Part shown: positions 1 through 10,247 of the stretch, one piece after another
How positions within the stretch are numbered: the stretch's first letter is position 1
Layout of the letters: each line of letters starts with the position of its first letter
From: Mailhella massiliensis
GTDB taxonomy: Bacteria; Desulfobacterota; Desulfovibrionia; Desulfovibrionales; Desulfovibrionaceae
Length of the DNA stretch: 42,212 bases
NCBI RefSeq assembly: GCF_020741395.1
Contig: NZ_DYZA01000200.1
Span: 1-42,212, forward strand
Direction of reading: 5' to 3'
Notes under the pieces: model-generated
What the model was told of the DNA's origin: nothing
Seen by the model: the letters and a program-made list of their open reading frames with translations, nothing else
The model's database searches: none
Position numbers and translations under genes: made by a program

Positions 1-12
1 CGGGGAGAAAAC

Positions 13-738
13 GTGATAAGGCTTTCCAACGTGCATAAATCCTTCGGCTCCCATGAAGTGCTCAAAGGCGTCGACCTGGAAGTCCAGGAAGGGGAAAAAC
101 TCGTCATCATCGGCCCTTCCGGTTCAGGGAAGTCCACCACGGTGCGCTGCATGAACGGCCTGGAAATCCCCACCTCGGGCCATGTGTTCATCGACAATGT
201 GGAGCTGACCCGGAAAAACCGCATCGAACTTGTGCGCAGCACCTCTTCCATGGTGTTCCAGCAGTTCAACCTCTACCCGCATCTCACGGTGATGGGCAAC
301 CTCACTCTCGCGCCCGTAAAGCTCTTCGGCAAATCGAAGAGCGAGGCGCAGGATATCGCCCGCCACTACCTGGAAGTGGTCGGCCTTGAGGAAAAGGCCC
401 ACGCCTACCCGGCCACGCTTTCCGGCGGCCAGCAGCAGCGCGTGGCCATTGCCCGCGCCCTGTGCAGCCAGACGAAGATCATCCTTTTCGACGAACCCAC
501 CTCGGCCCTCGACCCGGAAACCGTGCAGGAAGTACTGAACGTCATGGTCAGGCTGGCCGGAGAGAAAAACATCACCATGGTCATCGTGACTCACGAAATG
601 GGCTTTGCAAGGCAGGTGGCGGACAGGGTGATCTTCATGGACGACGGCACCATTCTGGAAGAAGGCACGCCGGAACACTTTTTCGTCAACCCCACCCATG
701 AAAGGACGAAACAGTTCCTGGGCAAGATACTGCACTAG
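13..738 (+). CDS. Polar amino-acid ABC transporter ATP-binding protein (GlnQ-like)
   Basis: Walker A GPSGSGKS, signature LSGGQQQR, Walker B ILFDEPT, H-loop VTHE; GTG start after GGGGAG. Confidence 0.95.
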   Translation: MIRLSNVHKSFGSHEVLKGVDLEVQEGEKLVIIGPSGSGKSTTVRCMNGLEIPTSGHVFIDNVELTRKNRIELVRSTSSMVFQQFNLYPHLTVMGNLTLAPVKLFGKSKSEAQDIARHYLEVVGLEEKAHAYPATLSGGQQQRVAIARALCSQTKIILFDEPTSALDPETVQEVLNVMVRLAGEKNITMVIVTHEMGFARQVADRVIFMDDGTILEEGTPEHFFVNPTHERTKQFLGKILH

Positions 739-789
739 GCCGGGAACGGAAAACGCCGCACGGCATAACCCGACAAGGAGAAGAACGAC

Positions 790-1611
790 ATGAAAAAACT
801 GCACAAGATAGGCGCGTTTCTGCTTTCCGCCCTCGCCGTTCTGAGCATGGCCTCCGGCGCTTTCGCCGCGACGCTGCCGGATGACGTTCAGGCCATAGTC
901 AAGCGCGGCGAGCTGCGCGTGGGCGTGAAGTCCGACGTGCCGGGCTTCAGCATGCAGGACCTTTCCGGCGACTATGCCGGCATGGAAGTGGATCTTGCCA
1001 GAAAGCTCGCCGAAGCCATGGGCCTCAAGCCCGACAAGGTCTCCTTCACCGCCGTGACGGCCAAGACTCGCGGCCAGCTTCTGGATACCGGCGATATCGA
1101 CATGGTGCTCGCCACCTTCACCATCACCGCCGAACGCAAGAACATCTGGAACTTCTCCTCAGCCTACTACACCGACGCGGTATCCCTTCTGGTGAAGAAG
1201 AACGGCGGCGTCAAGGGCTACGCCGACCTCAAGGACAAGCTCGTAGGCGTGGCGGAAGGCTCCACCTCCAAGGATGCGCTCATCGCCGCAGCCAAGGAAA
1301 ACGGCGTCGCCCTGAACGACACCGACAATATCCAGACCTTCCCCGACTACCCCTCCATCAAGGCCGCCCTCGACGCCGGCCAGGTGCAGGCCTTCTGCGT
1401 GGACGGCTCCATCCTTTCCGGCTACCTCGATCCGAGCACGGAAATTCTCACCACCGTCCGCTTCGCCCCGCAGGAATACGGCGTGGCCACCAAGCTTTCC
1501 AACAAGGGCCTGGCCGCCTTTGTGGAAGAGAACATCACGAAGTGGCTTGCCGACGGCACCATCGACAAGATCATCGCCGCCCACAACGTGGCCCCCTCCT
1601 TCAAGAAATAG
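790..1611 (+). CDS. Polar amino-acid ABC transporter substrate-binding protein (PEB1a/GluB-like, probably Asp/Glu/Gln)
   Basis: Signal peptide; LRVGVKSDVPGF and ATFTITAER motifs of family 3 SBPs; AAGGAG RBS. Confidence 0.92.
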   Translation: MKKLHKIGAFLLSALAVLSMASGAFAATLPDDVQAIVKRGELRVGVKSDVPGFSMQDLSGDYAGMEVDLARKLAEAMGLKPDKVSFTAVTAKTRGQLLDTGDIDMVLATFTITAERKNIWNFSSAYYTDAVSLLVKKNGGVKGYADLKDKLVGVAEGSTSKDALIAAAKENGVALNDTDNIQTFPDYPSIKAALDAGQVQAFCVDGSILSGYLDPSTEILTTVRFAPQEYGVATKLSNKGLAAFVEENITKWLADGTIDKIIAAHNVAPSFKK

Positions 1612-1621
1612 GCACTTTTCT

Positions 1622-1641
1622 GGCGCGGCGGAAGCCGCGCC
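1622..1641 (+). other. Intercistronic hairpin after the SBP gene (possible mRNA stabiliser)
   Basis: GGCGCGGC-GGAA-GCCGCGCC, perfect 8-bp stem, no U-tract. Confidence 0.5.
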
Positions 1642-1661
1642 GCACAACGCAGGTTTGAACC

Positions 1662-2384
1662 GTGATTGAGCAAATACTGTCGCCCGCATGCTGGCTTGTC
1701 TTTCTGGCTGACTGGCGCCTGTTCCTTCAGGCCTTCGGCGTGACCGTCATGGTGTCCGTCGCCGCCCTGGCGCTGGCCCTGGCCCTCGGCGTCGTCTTCG
1801 GCGTCATGTCCACGTCGCATTTCCTTCTGCCGAGAAACGTGGCCCGCGCCTATGTGGAAGCCATTCAGAATACCCCGCTGGTGCTTCAGGCCTATGTGTT
1901 CTACCTCGCCCTCCCCTACATAGGGGTGATGATGGGCCAGGTATCCGTGGGCATCTTCGCCGTGGGCATCTACCACGGCGCGTACATTGCCGAGGTGGTA
2001 CGGGCGGGCATCCAGTCCATCCCGCGCGGGCAGTCGGAAGCCGCCGCATCCCAGGGCTTCACCTATGTGCAGACCATGCGCTGGGTGATACTCCCCCAGA
2101 CGGTGAAGATCATACTCCCGCCGCTCGTGAACCAGATGGTGAACCTCATCAAAAATACCTCCGTCATCGCCCTCATAGGCGGCACGGATCTCATGAACCG
2201 CACCAACGACTGGGCCACCAGCGGGGCCAGCATCTACGGGCCGCCCTTCCTCGTCTGCGGCGTGCTCTATTTCCTCCTGTGCTTCCCCCTCTCCACATGG
2301 GGGCGGCGCTATGAGGAAAAGCTGAAGAAAAAGGACAGCCATGCCGTTGAGGAGCTCAGAAAAATAGAGGAAGAACTGTCGTGA
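1662..2384 (+). CDS. Amino-acid ABC transporter permease
   Basis: Hydrophobic; QNTPL and EAA loop (GQSEAAASQG); HisM/GlnP family. Confidence 0.93.
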   Translation: MIEQILSPACWLVFLADWRLFLQAFGVTVMVSVAALALALALGVVFGVMSTSHFLLPRNVARAYVEAIQNTPLVLQAYVFYLALPYIGVMMGQVSVGIFAVGIYHGAYIAEVVRAGIQSIPRGQSEAAASQGFTYVQTMRWVILPQTVKIILPPLVNQMVNLIKNTSVIALIGGTDLMNRTNDWATSGASIYGPPFLVCGVLYFLLCFPLSTWGRRYEEKLKKKDSHAVEELRKIEEELS

Positions 2385-3082
2385 TCGAGGTCATTACCCG
2401 TACTTTTACGCCCGAAATACTCGCCTATCTTCTGGGCGGCGCGTGGCTTGTCATCGAGCTTTCCGTCGTCATCGTGATATGCAGTATTTTCTTCGGCCTT
2501 ATCCTGGCGCTTCTGCGCAGCTACGACAGGTTCATCCTCGGCAGGCTCGCGGGAGTGTACATCGAAATCTTCCGCAATACGCCGAACCTCATGTGGGTGC
2601 TCATCTGCTATGTGTACGCCCCCCTGCCCACGGCTTTTCTCCGCTGCTCCTTCGCCTTCGTGCTCTTCACCTCGGCCACCATCGCGGAAATCATCCGCGG
2701 CGGCCTGAACTCCATCCCCAAGGGGCAGTTCGAGGCAGCCGCCTCCCAGGGCTTCAGCTTCGTGCAGACGCTTATCTACATCATCCTGCCCCAGTGCTTC
2801 CAGAACATCGTGCCCACCCTGCTCAGCCAGGTCATCACCGTGGTCAAGGACACCTCCTTCCTCTCCATGGTGGCCGTGGCGGAGCTCATGTTCCGCTCCA
2901 GGAACGCCCTGGCGCTTCTGCCCCGGTACACGGGGCAGACCGTGGGCATCGCGCAGGTGGCCGTCATCTTCGGCTTCGCCGCGCTCATCTACTTCATCAT
3001 CAACTTCTCGCTCTCCTGCATCGTGCGCCACATGCACAAGCGCCGCCATGCCCTGGCGCGGCAGGCCACGGCCAAGGCATAA
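2381..3082 (+). CDS. Amino-acid ABC transporter permease (second)
   Basis: FRNTP, EAA loop GQFEAAASQG, KDTS; GTGA overlap with the upstream stop. Confidence 0.93.
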   Translation: MIEVITRTFTPEILAYLLGGAWLVIELSVVIVICSIFFGLILALLRSYDRFILGRLAGVYIEIFRNTPNLMWVLICYVYAPLPTAFLRCSFAFVLFTSATIAEIIRGGLNSIPKGQFEAAASQGFSFVQTLIYIILPQCFQNIVPTLLSQVITVVKDTSFLSMVAVAELMFRSRNALALLPRYTGQTVGIAQVAVIFGFAALIYFIINFSLSCIVRHMHKRRHALARQATAKA

Positions 3083-3102
3083 AGGGCAAGAACCTCACCC
3101 CT

Positions 3103-3142
3103 GAAGCGCCCGGTACGGCTCACGCCGCGCCGGGCGTCTTTC
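3103..3142 (+). terminator. Probable intrinsic terminator of the amino-acid ABC operon
   Basis: GCGCCCGGTACGGC-TCAC-GCCGCGCCGGGCGT stem followed by CTTT; short U-tract. Confidence 0.5.
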
Positions 3143-3781
3143 ATGCCCGAAGCAGGCCCCCGCCGCACGAAAAAGGCGAAACGCCGAGTCCCCGGGCGCT
3201 TTCCCGGCCGGGCGCGAAGGGCTTTTCTTCCGCGCGGCGTCACCCGGGGAGAAAACGCGCATCCGTTCGGAAAGAGGGCCTGCCGGGCACCGTGTCGACG
3301 CCTTCCATACCGCGCCCCCGGAAGGAAAAAGCCCTTCTCCCCTTCTGCCGCCCCGTCCTCCGGCCGTGCGGTCAGATTTTCCGGCCCCGGGCAGAACACG
3401 GCCACGGCTTGCCGCAGGCTTCGCACAGGGCTTTTGCCCGGCCGCGCAACGTACATAACGCCCCTCATGCCCCGCGCGCTTTCCAGAAAAAAAAGGCGGG
3501 CCGGCCGAAGCTCTGGAATTTTTTCACAACAATCGTGTCATACAACGGAAAATCTACGGCAAGAAAGCAGCTGCAAACAAGAATACGCTTGATAAAGGGC
3601 ACGGTTTAAGATAATTACAGGAAAATACCTTTCGTGACGAAATTCCATCTGGCATATCCTGTCTCCGCCTTTCAAAAGCCGTCTTCCCGGGGCAAAGCCC
3701 CCATGTTTCGCAGGCTATTTCGCCCGCGTCCCCCCAGGCGTCCGCCTGCGGGAAACCCGTCATGGAACTGGGATATCTGCC

Positions 3782-4630
3782 ATGAAAAGCACTGTTGAAC
3801 TGCATGAACGCGCTCCCCTGCCCCTTGTCATCGCCCACCGCGGCGCAAGGGGCCACGCCCCGGAAAACACTCTCACCTCGGCCGAACTCGGCCACAAAGT
3901 CGGGGCCGACCTCTGGGAGCTCGACGTCAACTACACCAAGGACTACAGGCTCGTGGTGGTGCACGACGACACCCTCGTACGCACGACCAATGTGGAGGAG
4001 GTCTACCCCGGCAGAAGCTCCTACCGCGTGTGCGACTTCACGCTGGAGGAGCTTTCCCGGCTGGACGCCGGTTCCTGGTATGAAGGCCGCGACCAGTTCG
4101 GGCGCGTGGCCGCCGGGGAAATAGACGCGGATACCCTCGCATCCTTCAAGGGGCTGCGCATCCCCACGCTGGAAGAGGCACTCCTGCTCACGAAGCGCTT
4201 CGACTGGTATGTGAACGTGGAAATAAAGAACCACGAACACCTCATCGGTCATGATACCGTCACAAAAGATGTGTTAGAGATGATCCGCCGCCTCGACATG
4301 GCGGATCAGATCATCATTTCCTCCTTCCAGCACCGCTATCTGGAAGAGTGCCGCGCACTGTGCCCCGAAATGGCCACGGGCGCGCTTGTGGAAACGACGC
4401 GCCCGGAAGACCCTGTGGCCCTCTGCCGGAAGCTCGGCGTGAACGCCTATCACCCCGACAGGCTCATCCTCGCCCCCGGCGACCTTGAGAATCTGCGCGA
4501 CGCGGGCTTTGCCGTCAACGTCTGGACCGTCAACGACATGGACGAAGCAAAAGATCTGGTCGCCCACGGCGCAAGCGGCATCATCACCGATTTTCCGGCC
4601 GCCTGCCGCTCAGCTCTCGGCAGGGGCTAG
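3782..4630 (+). CDS. ugpQ: Cytoplasmic glycerophosphodiester phosphodiesterase (UgpQ/GlpQ family)
   Basis: IAHRGA..PENT, ELDV, VVHD, NVEIK, WTVN, IITDFP motifs; directly upstream of ugpBAEC. Confidence 0.92.
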   Translation: MKSTVELHERAPLPLVIAHRGARGHAPENTLTSAELGHKVGADLWELDVNYTKDYRLVVVHDDTLVRTTNVEEVYPGRSSYRVCDFTLEELSRLDAGSWYEGRDQFGRVAAGEIDADTLASFKGLRIPTLEEALLLTKRFDWYVNVEIKNHEHLIGHDTVTKDVLEMIRRLDMADQIIISSFQHRYLEECRALCPEMATGALVETTRPEDPVALCRKLGVNAYHPDRLILAPGDLENLRDAGFAVNVWTVNDMDEAKDLVAHGASGIITDFPAACRSALGRG

Positions 4631-4736
4631 GCGCGCCGGAACACGCCCCGGGGAATCTTCCCCGCGCGGCGCATCCCATCCGGGATTCCCCCGGGAACCC
4701 CAACCGGACGACACCGTCCGCAAGGCAGGAGAACGT

Positions 4737-6053
4737 ATGCGTTCCTTCCGATCCGTGGCCCTGCTGGCCATCAGTCTCATGCTTCTGGCCGCCCCCGTGC
4801 AGGCCAAGACCACCATCACCTTCTGGCATGGCATGGGTGGTGAACTCGGTGAAATCACCGACAACATCATCAACGACTTCAACGCGTCCCAGGACAAATA
4901 CGAAGTCAAAGGCGTGTACAAGGGCAACTACGACGAGGCCATGACTGCCGCCATTGCCGCCTTCCGCGCCAAACAGCATCCCAACATCATCCAGATCTTT
5001 GAAGTGGGCACCGCCAGCATGATGGCCGCCAAAGGCGCCGTCCGCCCCATCTGGGAAATCATGGAAAACGCGGGCACGCCGCTTGACATGTCCAAGTTCC
5101 TGCCTTCCGTGACGAGCTACTACTCCACGAGCGACGGCAAGCTCATCGCCATGCCCTTCAACGCCTCCACCACCGTTCTCTACTACAACAAGGACGCCGT
5201 GAAGAAGGCCGGCGGCGACCCGGAAAACTTCCCCCGCACCTGGCCTGAAGTGGCCGACCTTGCAAGGAAAATCAAGGAATCCGGCGCGTGCAAGTACGGC
5301 ATGACCAGCGGCTGGCAGTCCTGGGTGCAGCTTGAAAGCTTCTCCGCCTGGCACAACGTGCCCTTCGCCTCCAACAACAACGGCTTCGACGGCCTCGACA
5401 CCGAGCTGCTCTTCAACGGCCCCCTGCAGGTCAAGCACATCGACTTCCTCTCCCAGCTGAACAAGGAAGGCGTCTCCGTGTATGTGGGCCGCAAGTCCGA
5501 AGCAATCAACACCTTCACCGCCGGCGAGGCGGGCATCCTCATGAACTCCTCCGGTTCCTACGCCGCCGTCAAAGCCGGCGCCAAGTTCGACTGGGGCGTG
5601 ATGGTGCTGCCCTACTGGCCCGATGTGGAAGGCGCTCCCCAGAACACCGTCATCGGCGGCGCGGCCGTGTGGGCCATGGCCGGCCATTCCAAGGATTCGG
5701 AAAACGGCGTGGCCGCCTTCCTGAACTATGTGCTCCAGCCGGAGATCCAGGCCGCCTTCCATCAGGCCACCGGCTATGTGCCCGTCACCCTCGAAGGCTA
5801 TGAACTCACCAAGCAGCAGGGCTTCTACGACAAGAACCCCGGCACCGACGTGGCCGTGAAGGCCCTCTCCGACAAGAAGCCCACCATCAATACCCTCGGC
5901 CTGCGCCTCGGCAACTTCGTCCAGATCCGCAACATCATCGACGAAGAACTCGAAGCCGTCTGGTCCGGCAAGAAGAACGCCAAGGACGCCCTCGACTCCG
6001 CCGTAAAGCGCGGCAACCAGGAACTACGCCGCTTTGAAAGGGCCAACCGCTAA
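4737..6053 (+). CDS. ugpB: sn-glycerol-3-phosphate ABC transporter substrate-binding protein
   Basis: Signal peptide MRSFRSVALL..VQA; FWHGMGG, FEVGTASMM, WQSWVQLE, GLRLGNF typical of UgpB; start moved to ATG 4737 after AGGAG. Confidence 0.92.
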   Translation: MRSFRSVALLAISLMLLAAPVQAKTTITFWHGMGGELGEITDNIINDFNASQDKYEVKGVYKGNYDEAMTAAIAAFRAKQHPNIIQIFEVGTASMMAAKGAVRPIWEIMENAGTPLDMSKFLPSVTSYYSTSDGKLIAMPFNASTTVLYYNKDAVKKAGGDPENFPRTWPEVADLARKIKESGACKYGMTSGWQSWVQLESFSAWHNVPFASNNNGFDGLDTELLFNGPLQVKHIDFLSQLNKEGVSVYVGRKSEAINTFTAGEAGILMNSSGSYAAVKAGAKFDWGVMVLPYWPDVEGAPQNTVIGGAAVWAMAGHSKDSENGVAAFLNYVLQPEIQAAFHQATGYVPVTLEGYELTKQQGFYDKNPGTDVAVKALSDKKPTINTLGLRLGNFVQIRNIIDEELEAVWSGKKNAKDALDSAVKRGNQELRRFERANR

Positions 6054-6066
6054 TCACGCTCATCCC

Positions 6067-6088
6067 GGGAGGGGCTGCGGCCCCTCCC
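6067..6088 (+). other. Intercistronic hairpin after ugpB
   Basis: GGGAGGGGC-TGCG-GCCCCTCCC, perfect 9-bp stem. Confidence 0.5.
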
Positions 6089-6118
6089 CCCTCTCACGCA
6101 TGCAAAAAGGAGCTCACA

Positions 6119-7012
6119 ATGCAGGATGAGCGTTACGCATTCCGGGGCAAAAGGCATCTCATACTGCCCGTCCTCTTCCTGCTGCCCCAGCTTGTCATCA
6201 CGGTGGTGTTCTTCTTCTACCCCGCCGGCGAGGCTCTGCTGGGGTCGGTATACATGGAAGATTCCTTCGGGCTTTCCCGGGAATTCGTCGGACTGGACAA
6301 CTTCGCCGTCCTCTTCTCCGACCCGGGCTATCTGGAAACCCTGTACCTCACCTTCATCTTCAGCATCGCCACCATCACCCTCACCATGACAGTTTCCCTG
6401 CTCATGGCCGTGGTCGCCGACCAGGTACATGTGGGCGGCACCCTCTACAAATCGATGCTCATCATCCCCTACGCCGTCGCGCCGCCTCTTGCGGGCGTGC
6501 TCTGGCTTTTCCTCTTCAACCCCTCCGTGGGCGTGCTCTCCACGTTCCTCGACGGATTAGGCTACACCTGGAACCACAAACTCAACGGCAATCAGGCCCT
6601 GCTTCTGCTCATCATCTCCGCCTCGTGGAAACAGATTTCCTATAATTTCCTGTTCTTCCTCGCCGGATTGCAGGCCATTCCCCGTTCCCTCATAGAAGCG
6701 GCCGCCATAGACGGCGCAAGCCCCTGGCAGCGGTTCCGCAACATCATCTTCCCTCTGCTTTCCCCCACCACCTTCTTCCTTCTGGTGGTGAACACCATCT
6801 ACACCCTGTTCGAGACCTTCGGCATCGTGCACGCAGTCACCCAGGGCGGTCCCTCCCGCGCCACGGAAACGCTCATCTACAAGGTCTTCAACGACGGCTT
6901 CATCGGGCTTGACTTCGGCGGCTCCTCCGCCCAGTCCGTGGTGCTCATGTTCATCGTCATGATCCTCACGTTCCTCCAGTTCCGCTACGTCGAACGCAAG
7001 GTCAACTACTAG
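6119..7012 (+). CDS. ugpA: G3P ABC transporter permease
   Basis: WKQISYNFLFFLAGLQ, EAAAIDGA, ends ERKVNY as in UgpA. Confidence 0.93.
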   Translation: MQDERYAFRGKRHLILPVLFLLPQLVITVVFFFYPAGEALLGSVYMEDSFGLSREFVGLDNFAVLFSDPGYLETLYLTFIFSIATITLTMTVSLLMAVVADQVHVGGTLYKSMLIIPYAVAPPLAGVLWLFLFNPSVGVLSTFLDGLGYTWNHKLNGNQALLLLIISASWKQISYNFLFFLAGLQAIPRSLIEAAAIDGASPWQRFRNIIFPLLSPTTFFLLVVNTIYTLFETFGIVHAVTQGGPSRATETLIYKVFNDGFIGLDFGGSSAQSVVLMFIVMILTFLQFRYVERKVNY

Positions 7013-7035
7013 CCGCGACAGGAAAGGGACTCGTT

Positions 7036-7881
7036 ATGGTAGAAAAGAAAGGACTGGGAAGGGCGCTGAGCCATGCCGTGCTGCTTTTCGGCGCGGCCAT
7101 AGTGCTCTTTCCTCTGTATGTGGCGCTTGTGGCCACCTCGCACAGCTACGACGTGCTCATCGGCACCACCCCGCTGTGGTTCGGTGAGGAGCTCATCAAG
7201 AACTTCACCACCGTGCTCACGGAAGGGCTCAAGGCCGCGGGCGGCATCCCCGTGTGGGTCATGATGGGCAACAGCCTCATCATGGCGCTCGGCATCGCCC
7301 TCGGCAAGATCGCCATTTCCATCACCGCCGCCTACGCCATTGTGTACTTCCGCTTCCCCGGGCGCGAGCTCTGCTTCGTGCTCATCTTCATCACGCTCAT
7401 GATGCCCGTGGAAGTGCGCATCGTGCCCACCTTCCAGGTGGCGGCCACACTGAACTTCATCGACAGTTACGCCGGGCTCATCCTGCCGCTCATCGCCTCG
7501 GCCACGGCCACCTTCCTGTACCGGCAGATGTTCATGACTATCCCGCAGGAACTTCTGGAAGCCGCGCGCATCGACGGCGCGGGCCCCTGGCGCTTCTTTG
7601 TGGACGTGGTGCTTCCCCTCTCCCGCACCAACACCGCGGCGCTTTTCGTGGTGCTGTTCATCTACGGCTGGAACCAGTACCTCTGGCCACTGCTCGTCAC
7701 CAACCAGGAAGGCATGTACACCGTAGTCATGGGCATACAGCGCATGGTGAACATCCCCGACGCCGTGCCGGAATGGAACCTCATCATGGCCGTGGCGCTT
7801 CTCGGCATGCTGCCGCCGCTTCTCGTGGTACTCGGCATGCAGAAGCTCTTCGTCCGCGGACTTGTGGAAACCGAGAAGTAA
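7036..7881 (+). CDS. ugpE: G3P ABC transporter permease
   Basis: [30 protein letters not shown], ends GLVETEK as in UgpE. Confidence 0.93.
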   Translation: MVEKKGLGRALSHAVLLFGAAIVLFPLYVALVATSHSYDVLIGTTPLWFGEELIKNFTTVLTEGLKAAGGIPVWVMMGNSLIMALGIALGKIAISITAAYAIVYFRFPGRELCFVLIFITLMMPVEVRIVPTFQVAATLNFIDSYAGLILPLIASATATFLYRQMFMTIPQELLEAARIDGAGPWRFFVDVVLPLSRTNTAALFVVLFIYGWNQYLWPLLVTNQEGMYTVVMGIQRMVNIPDAVPEWNLIMAVALLGMLPPLLVVLGMQKLFVRGLVETEK

Positions 7882-7900
7882 CCCGTACAAGGAAGAGACA

Positions 7901-8992
7901 ATGGCTAATGTTCGTCTTTGCGATATCGACAAGACCTTCAATAAGAACAAGGTGCTCTCCGGCCTCAACCTCGAAGTGCCGGACGGTTCCTTCATGGTCA
8001 TGGTAGGCCCCTCGGGCTGCGGCAAGTCCACGGCCCTGCGCTGCATCGCCGGGCTGGAGGAAGTGACTTCCGGCTCCATCTACATAGGCGACAGGGACGT
8101 GACGCACATGGAACCCAAGGACCGCAACATCGCCATGGTGTTCCAGAACTACGCGCTCTACCCGCACATGAACGTGTACGACAACATCACCTACGGCCTG
8201 AAGGTGCGCGGTATTCCCGCCGAAGAGCGCAAACGCCGCGCCGAGGAGGCGGCAAAGCTCCTCGGGCTCGACGGCCTGCTCACCCGCATGCCCCGCCAGC
8301 TTTCCGGCGGCCAGCGCCAGAGGGTGGCCATGGGCCGCGCCATAGTGCGCGAGCCGAGCGTCTTCCTCTTCGACGAACCGCTCTCCAACCTCGACGCCAA
8401 CCTCCGCAACCAGATGCGCATCGAGCTGCGCCGCCTGCACCAGCGCCTCGCCACCACCAGCATCTACGTCACCCACGACCAGGTGGAAGCCATGACGCTT
8501 GCGGAAAAAATCCTCGTGCTGCGCGCAGGCCATATCGAACAGTACGGCACGCCCGACGACGTGTACCTGCGCCCGGCCTCCGTGTTCGTGGCCCAGTTCA
8601 TGGGCTCCCCGTCCATGAACATCGTGCGCGCCAGGGCCGAGGGCGGCGATATCATCCTGCCCGACGGAACCAGGCTTTCCGGCGTCCAGGCTCCAGACAT
8701 AAACCTCGACGGCAGAAACGGCGACATTCTGCTCGGCCTCAGAAGCGAAGACCTTATCTTCGATCCTGAAGGCGACATTCGCGTCACCGTGGATATCGTG
8801 GAGGCCCTGGGCTCCGACACGCTCGCCTACTGCCGTCCGCTGAACAGCAACCCCGAAAAGCAGGAAAGCTCCTCCGTCATCGTGCGCCTGCAGGGCTCCC
8901 AGCGCCCCGCCTCCGGCGACGTGATACGCCTCACGGCCCGTCCGGGCCACGGCCATGTATTCGACCCGGAAACGCAGCTGCGCTGCCTGTAG
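7901..8992 (+). CDS. ugpC: G3P ABC transporter ATP-binding protein
   Basis: [29 protein letters not shown]-terminal TOBE region; start moved to ATG 7901. Confidence 0.93.
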   Translation: MANVRLCDIDKTFNKNKVLSGLNLEVPDGSFMVMVGPSGCGKSTALRCIAGLEEVTSGSIYIGDRDVTHMEPKDRNIAMVFQNYALYPHMNVYDNITYGLKVRGIPAEERKRRAEEAAKLLGLDGLLTRMPRQLSGGQRQRVAMGRAIVREPSVFLFDEPLSNLDANLRNQMRIELRRLHQRLATTSIYVTHDQVEAMTLAEKILVLRAGHIEQYGTPDDVYLRPASVFVAQFMGSPSMNIVRARAEGGDIILPDGTRLSGVQAPDINLDGRNGDILLGLRSEDLIFDPEGDIRVTVDIVEALGSDTLAYCRPLNSNPEKQESSSVIVRLQGSQRPASGDVIRLTARPGHGHVFDPETQLRCL

Positions 8993-9010
8993 AAATTCCA
9001 TTAAAAGCCG

Positions 9011-9049
9011 AAAAAAACGGAGCTTCCCCGACGGGGAGGCTCCGTTTTT
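9011..9049. terminator. Bidirectional intrinsic terminator between convergent ugpC and iclR
   Basis: AAAAAAA-CGGAGCTTCCCCG-A-CGGGGAGGCTCCG-TTTTT. Confidence 0.85.
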
Positions 9050-9065
9050 CTAAAGAGGAAAGCCG

Positions 9066-9881
9066 CTAATACACCGCAGCGATTTCGGCACAGGTACTTC
9101 TCAGAAGGCGTATGTAAAGGCGTATTTCCTTCTCCGTGAACTGCTGGCGCACGGCGGAAATCGTGATCACCGCGGTGAGGTCGCCGTCGGCGTTCAGCAC
9201 GGGGGCAGCCACGGAACAGGCCCCCTGTATCCTTTCATTGGCGCTGGAAAAATAGCCGGCATGACGTATCTCTCCCAGAAGATGGGAGATCTGTTCCCAA
9301 CTTTCTTCCATATCCAGCGCGTTGTCCCGATACACCTGAAGCTGACGGACTTCCGGCAGGCAGGCCCAGAGCATTTTGCCCGTGGCCCCCTTATGCAGCG
9401 GCAGGGGCGTGCGCAGCGGCGTATGATAGCGCAGCTCCTGGGCGGCATTGTGCACGAGTTCTATGCAGATGCGGAAATTATCCCTGTCCACCACGCTCAT
9501 GCCCACGCTCTGCCCCGTTTCATGGGAAAGCTTGCGAAGATACGGCAGGGAAATTCTGCGGAGACGCTCATACATCTGACCGCCCTGGGCCATGCGAAGT
9601 ATCTTGCTGCCCACGCCATACCGCGTCCCGGACTTTTCCAGGATGCCGCCCTCCACAAGACAGCGCAACATGCGAAAACATGTAGACTGGGGAATCCCCG
9701 TCACCACGGCAATGTCCTGAGCGCCCAGCCCGTTCTTTTCCTCCGCGAAGAGGGATAAAATGGAAATGACCCGTTCCACGGAGCGCATGGAGCTCTGCCC
9801 TTCCCCCTCTTTCTTTTCCGGCGCTTGTTTTAAATTTCTCACAAAGATAACCCGTTGTTTGTCGTTATTCACCTTCTTCAT
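9066..9881 (-). CDS. IclR-family transcriptional regulator (start codon uncertain)
   Basis: N-terminal HTH (RSVERVISIL..PQSTCFRML); C-terminal PLHKGATGK and SVAAPV effector domain. Confidence 0.9.
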   Translation of the reverse strand: MKKVNNDKQRVIFVRNLKQAPEKKEGEGQSSMRSVERVISILSLFAEEKNGLGAQDIAVVTGIPQSTCFRMLRCLVEGGILEKSGTRYGVGSKILRMAQGGQMYERLRRISLPYLRKLSHETGQSVGMSVVDRDNFRICIELVHNAAQELRYHTPLRTPLPLHKGATGKMLWACLPEVRQLQVYRDNALDMEESWEQISHLLGEIRHAGYFSSANERIQGACSVAAPVLNADGDLTAVITISAVRQQFTEKEIRLYIRLLRSTCAEIAAVY

Positions 9882-10124
9882 CCATACTGGGAAACGGACA
9901 AAGTTTCAATGTCCGCCGCAGGAATACCGAAAAAGTGATCCACCCGTCATACGATACGGGAACATCCCGCCGCCGGAAAACGGCAGCCCTGCCTTCGGCC
10001 TCCGGTCGAAGAAAAGCAGGCCCGGGGAATCCGCCCCTTTCTGCAAGGCTCCGGGCTCGCCCATGCTGCGGACACGGCCAGCATGGACGCGCTTTTCCCA
10101 CGACAGAAAACCTGCGTCTGAAGC

Positions 10125-10169
10125 AAAAAGACAAAAGGTCCCGGCAAGATGGATGCTGCCGGGGCCTTT
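10125..10169 (-). terminator. Intrinsic terminator of the catabolic operon (after nitroreductase)
   Basis: Minus strand AAAGGCCCCGGCA-loop-TGCCGGGACCTTTTGTCTTTTT. Confidence 0.65.
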
Positions 10170-10247
10170 CTCCTGTCTGCGGCGTCCTCCGCCCGCGGGC
10201 GGAACGACGCGGAGGGGACATGACGCGCCGTTCCGCCCCGGGGCAGG

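Noticed and set aside
2443..3609. 388-aa and 149-aa Arg/Pro-rich ORFs running into the 3083-3781 gap
   Set aside because: Off-frame overlap with a permease, low-complexity composition, no RBS or motifs; treated as intergenic.
3782..8992. ugp operon as phosphate supplier for iron-phosphate ferrosomes
   Set aside because: 12 kb away, separated by unrelated operons, and no Fur box seen upstream.
9890..9915. TTTCAATGTC upstream of iclR, resembling half of the Fur cassette
   Set aside because: The left half-site is absent. The local GGACA-N9-TGTCC repeat is too short to call.
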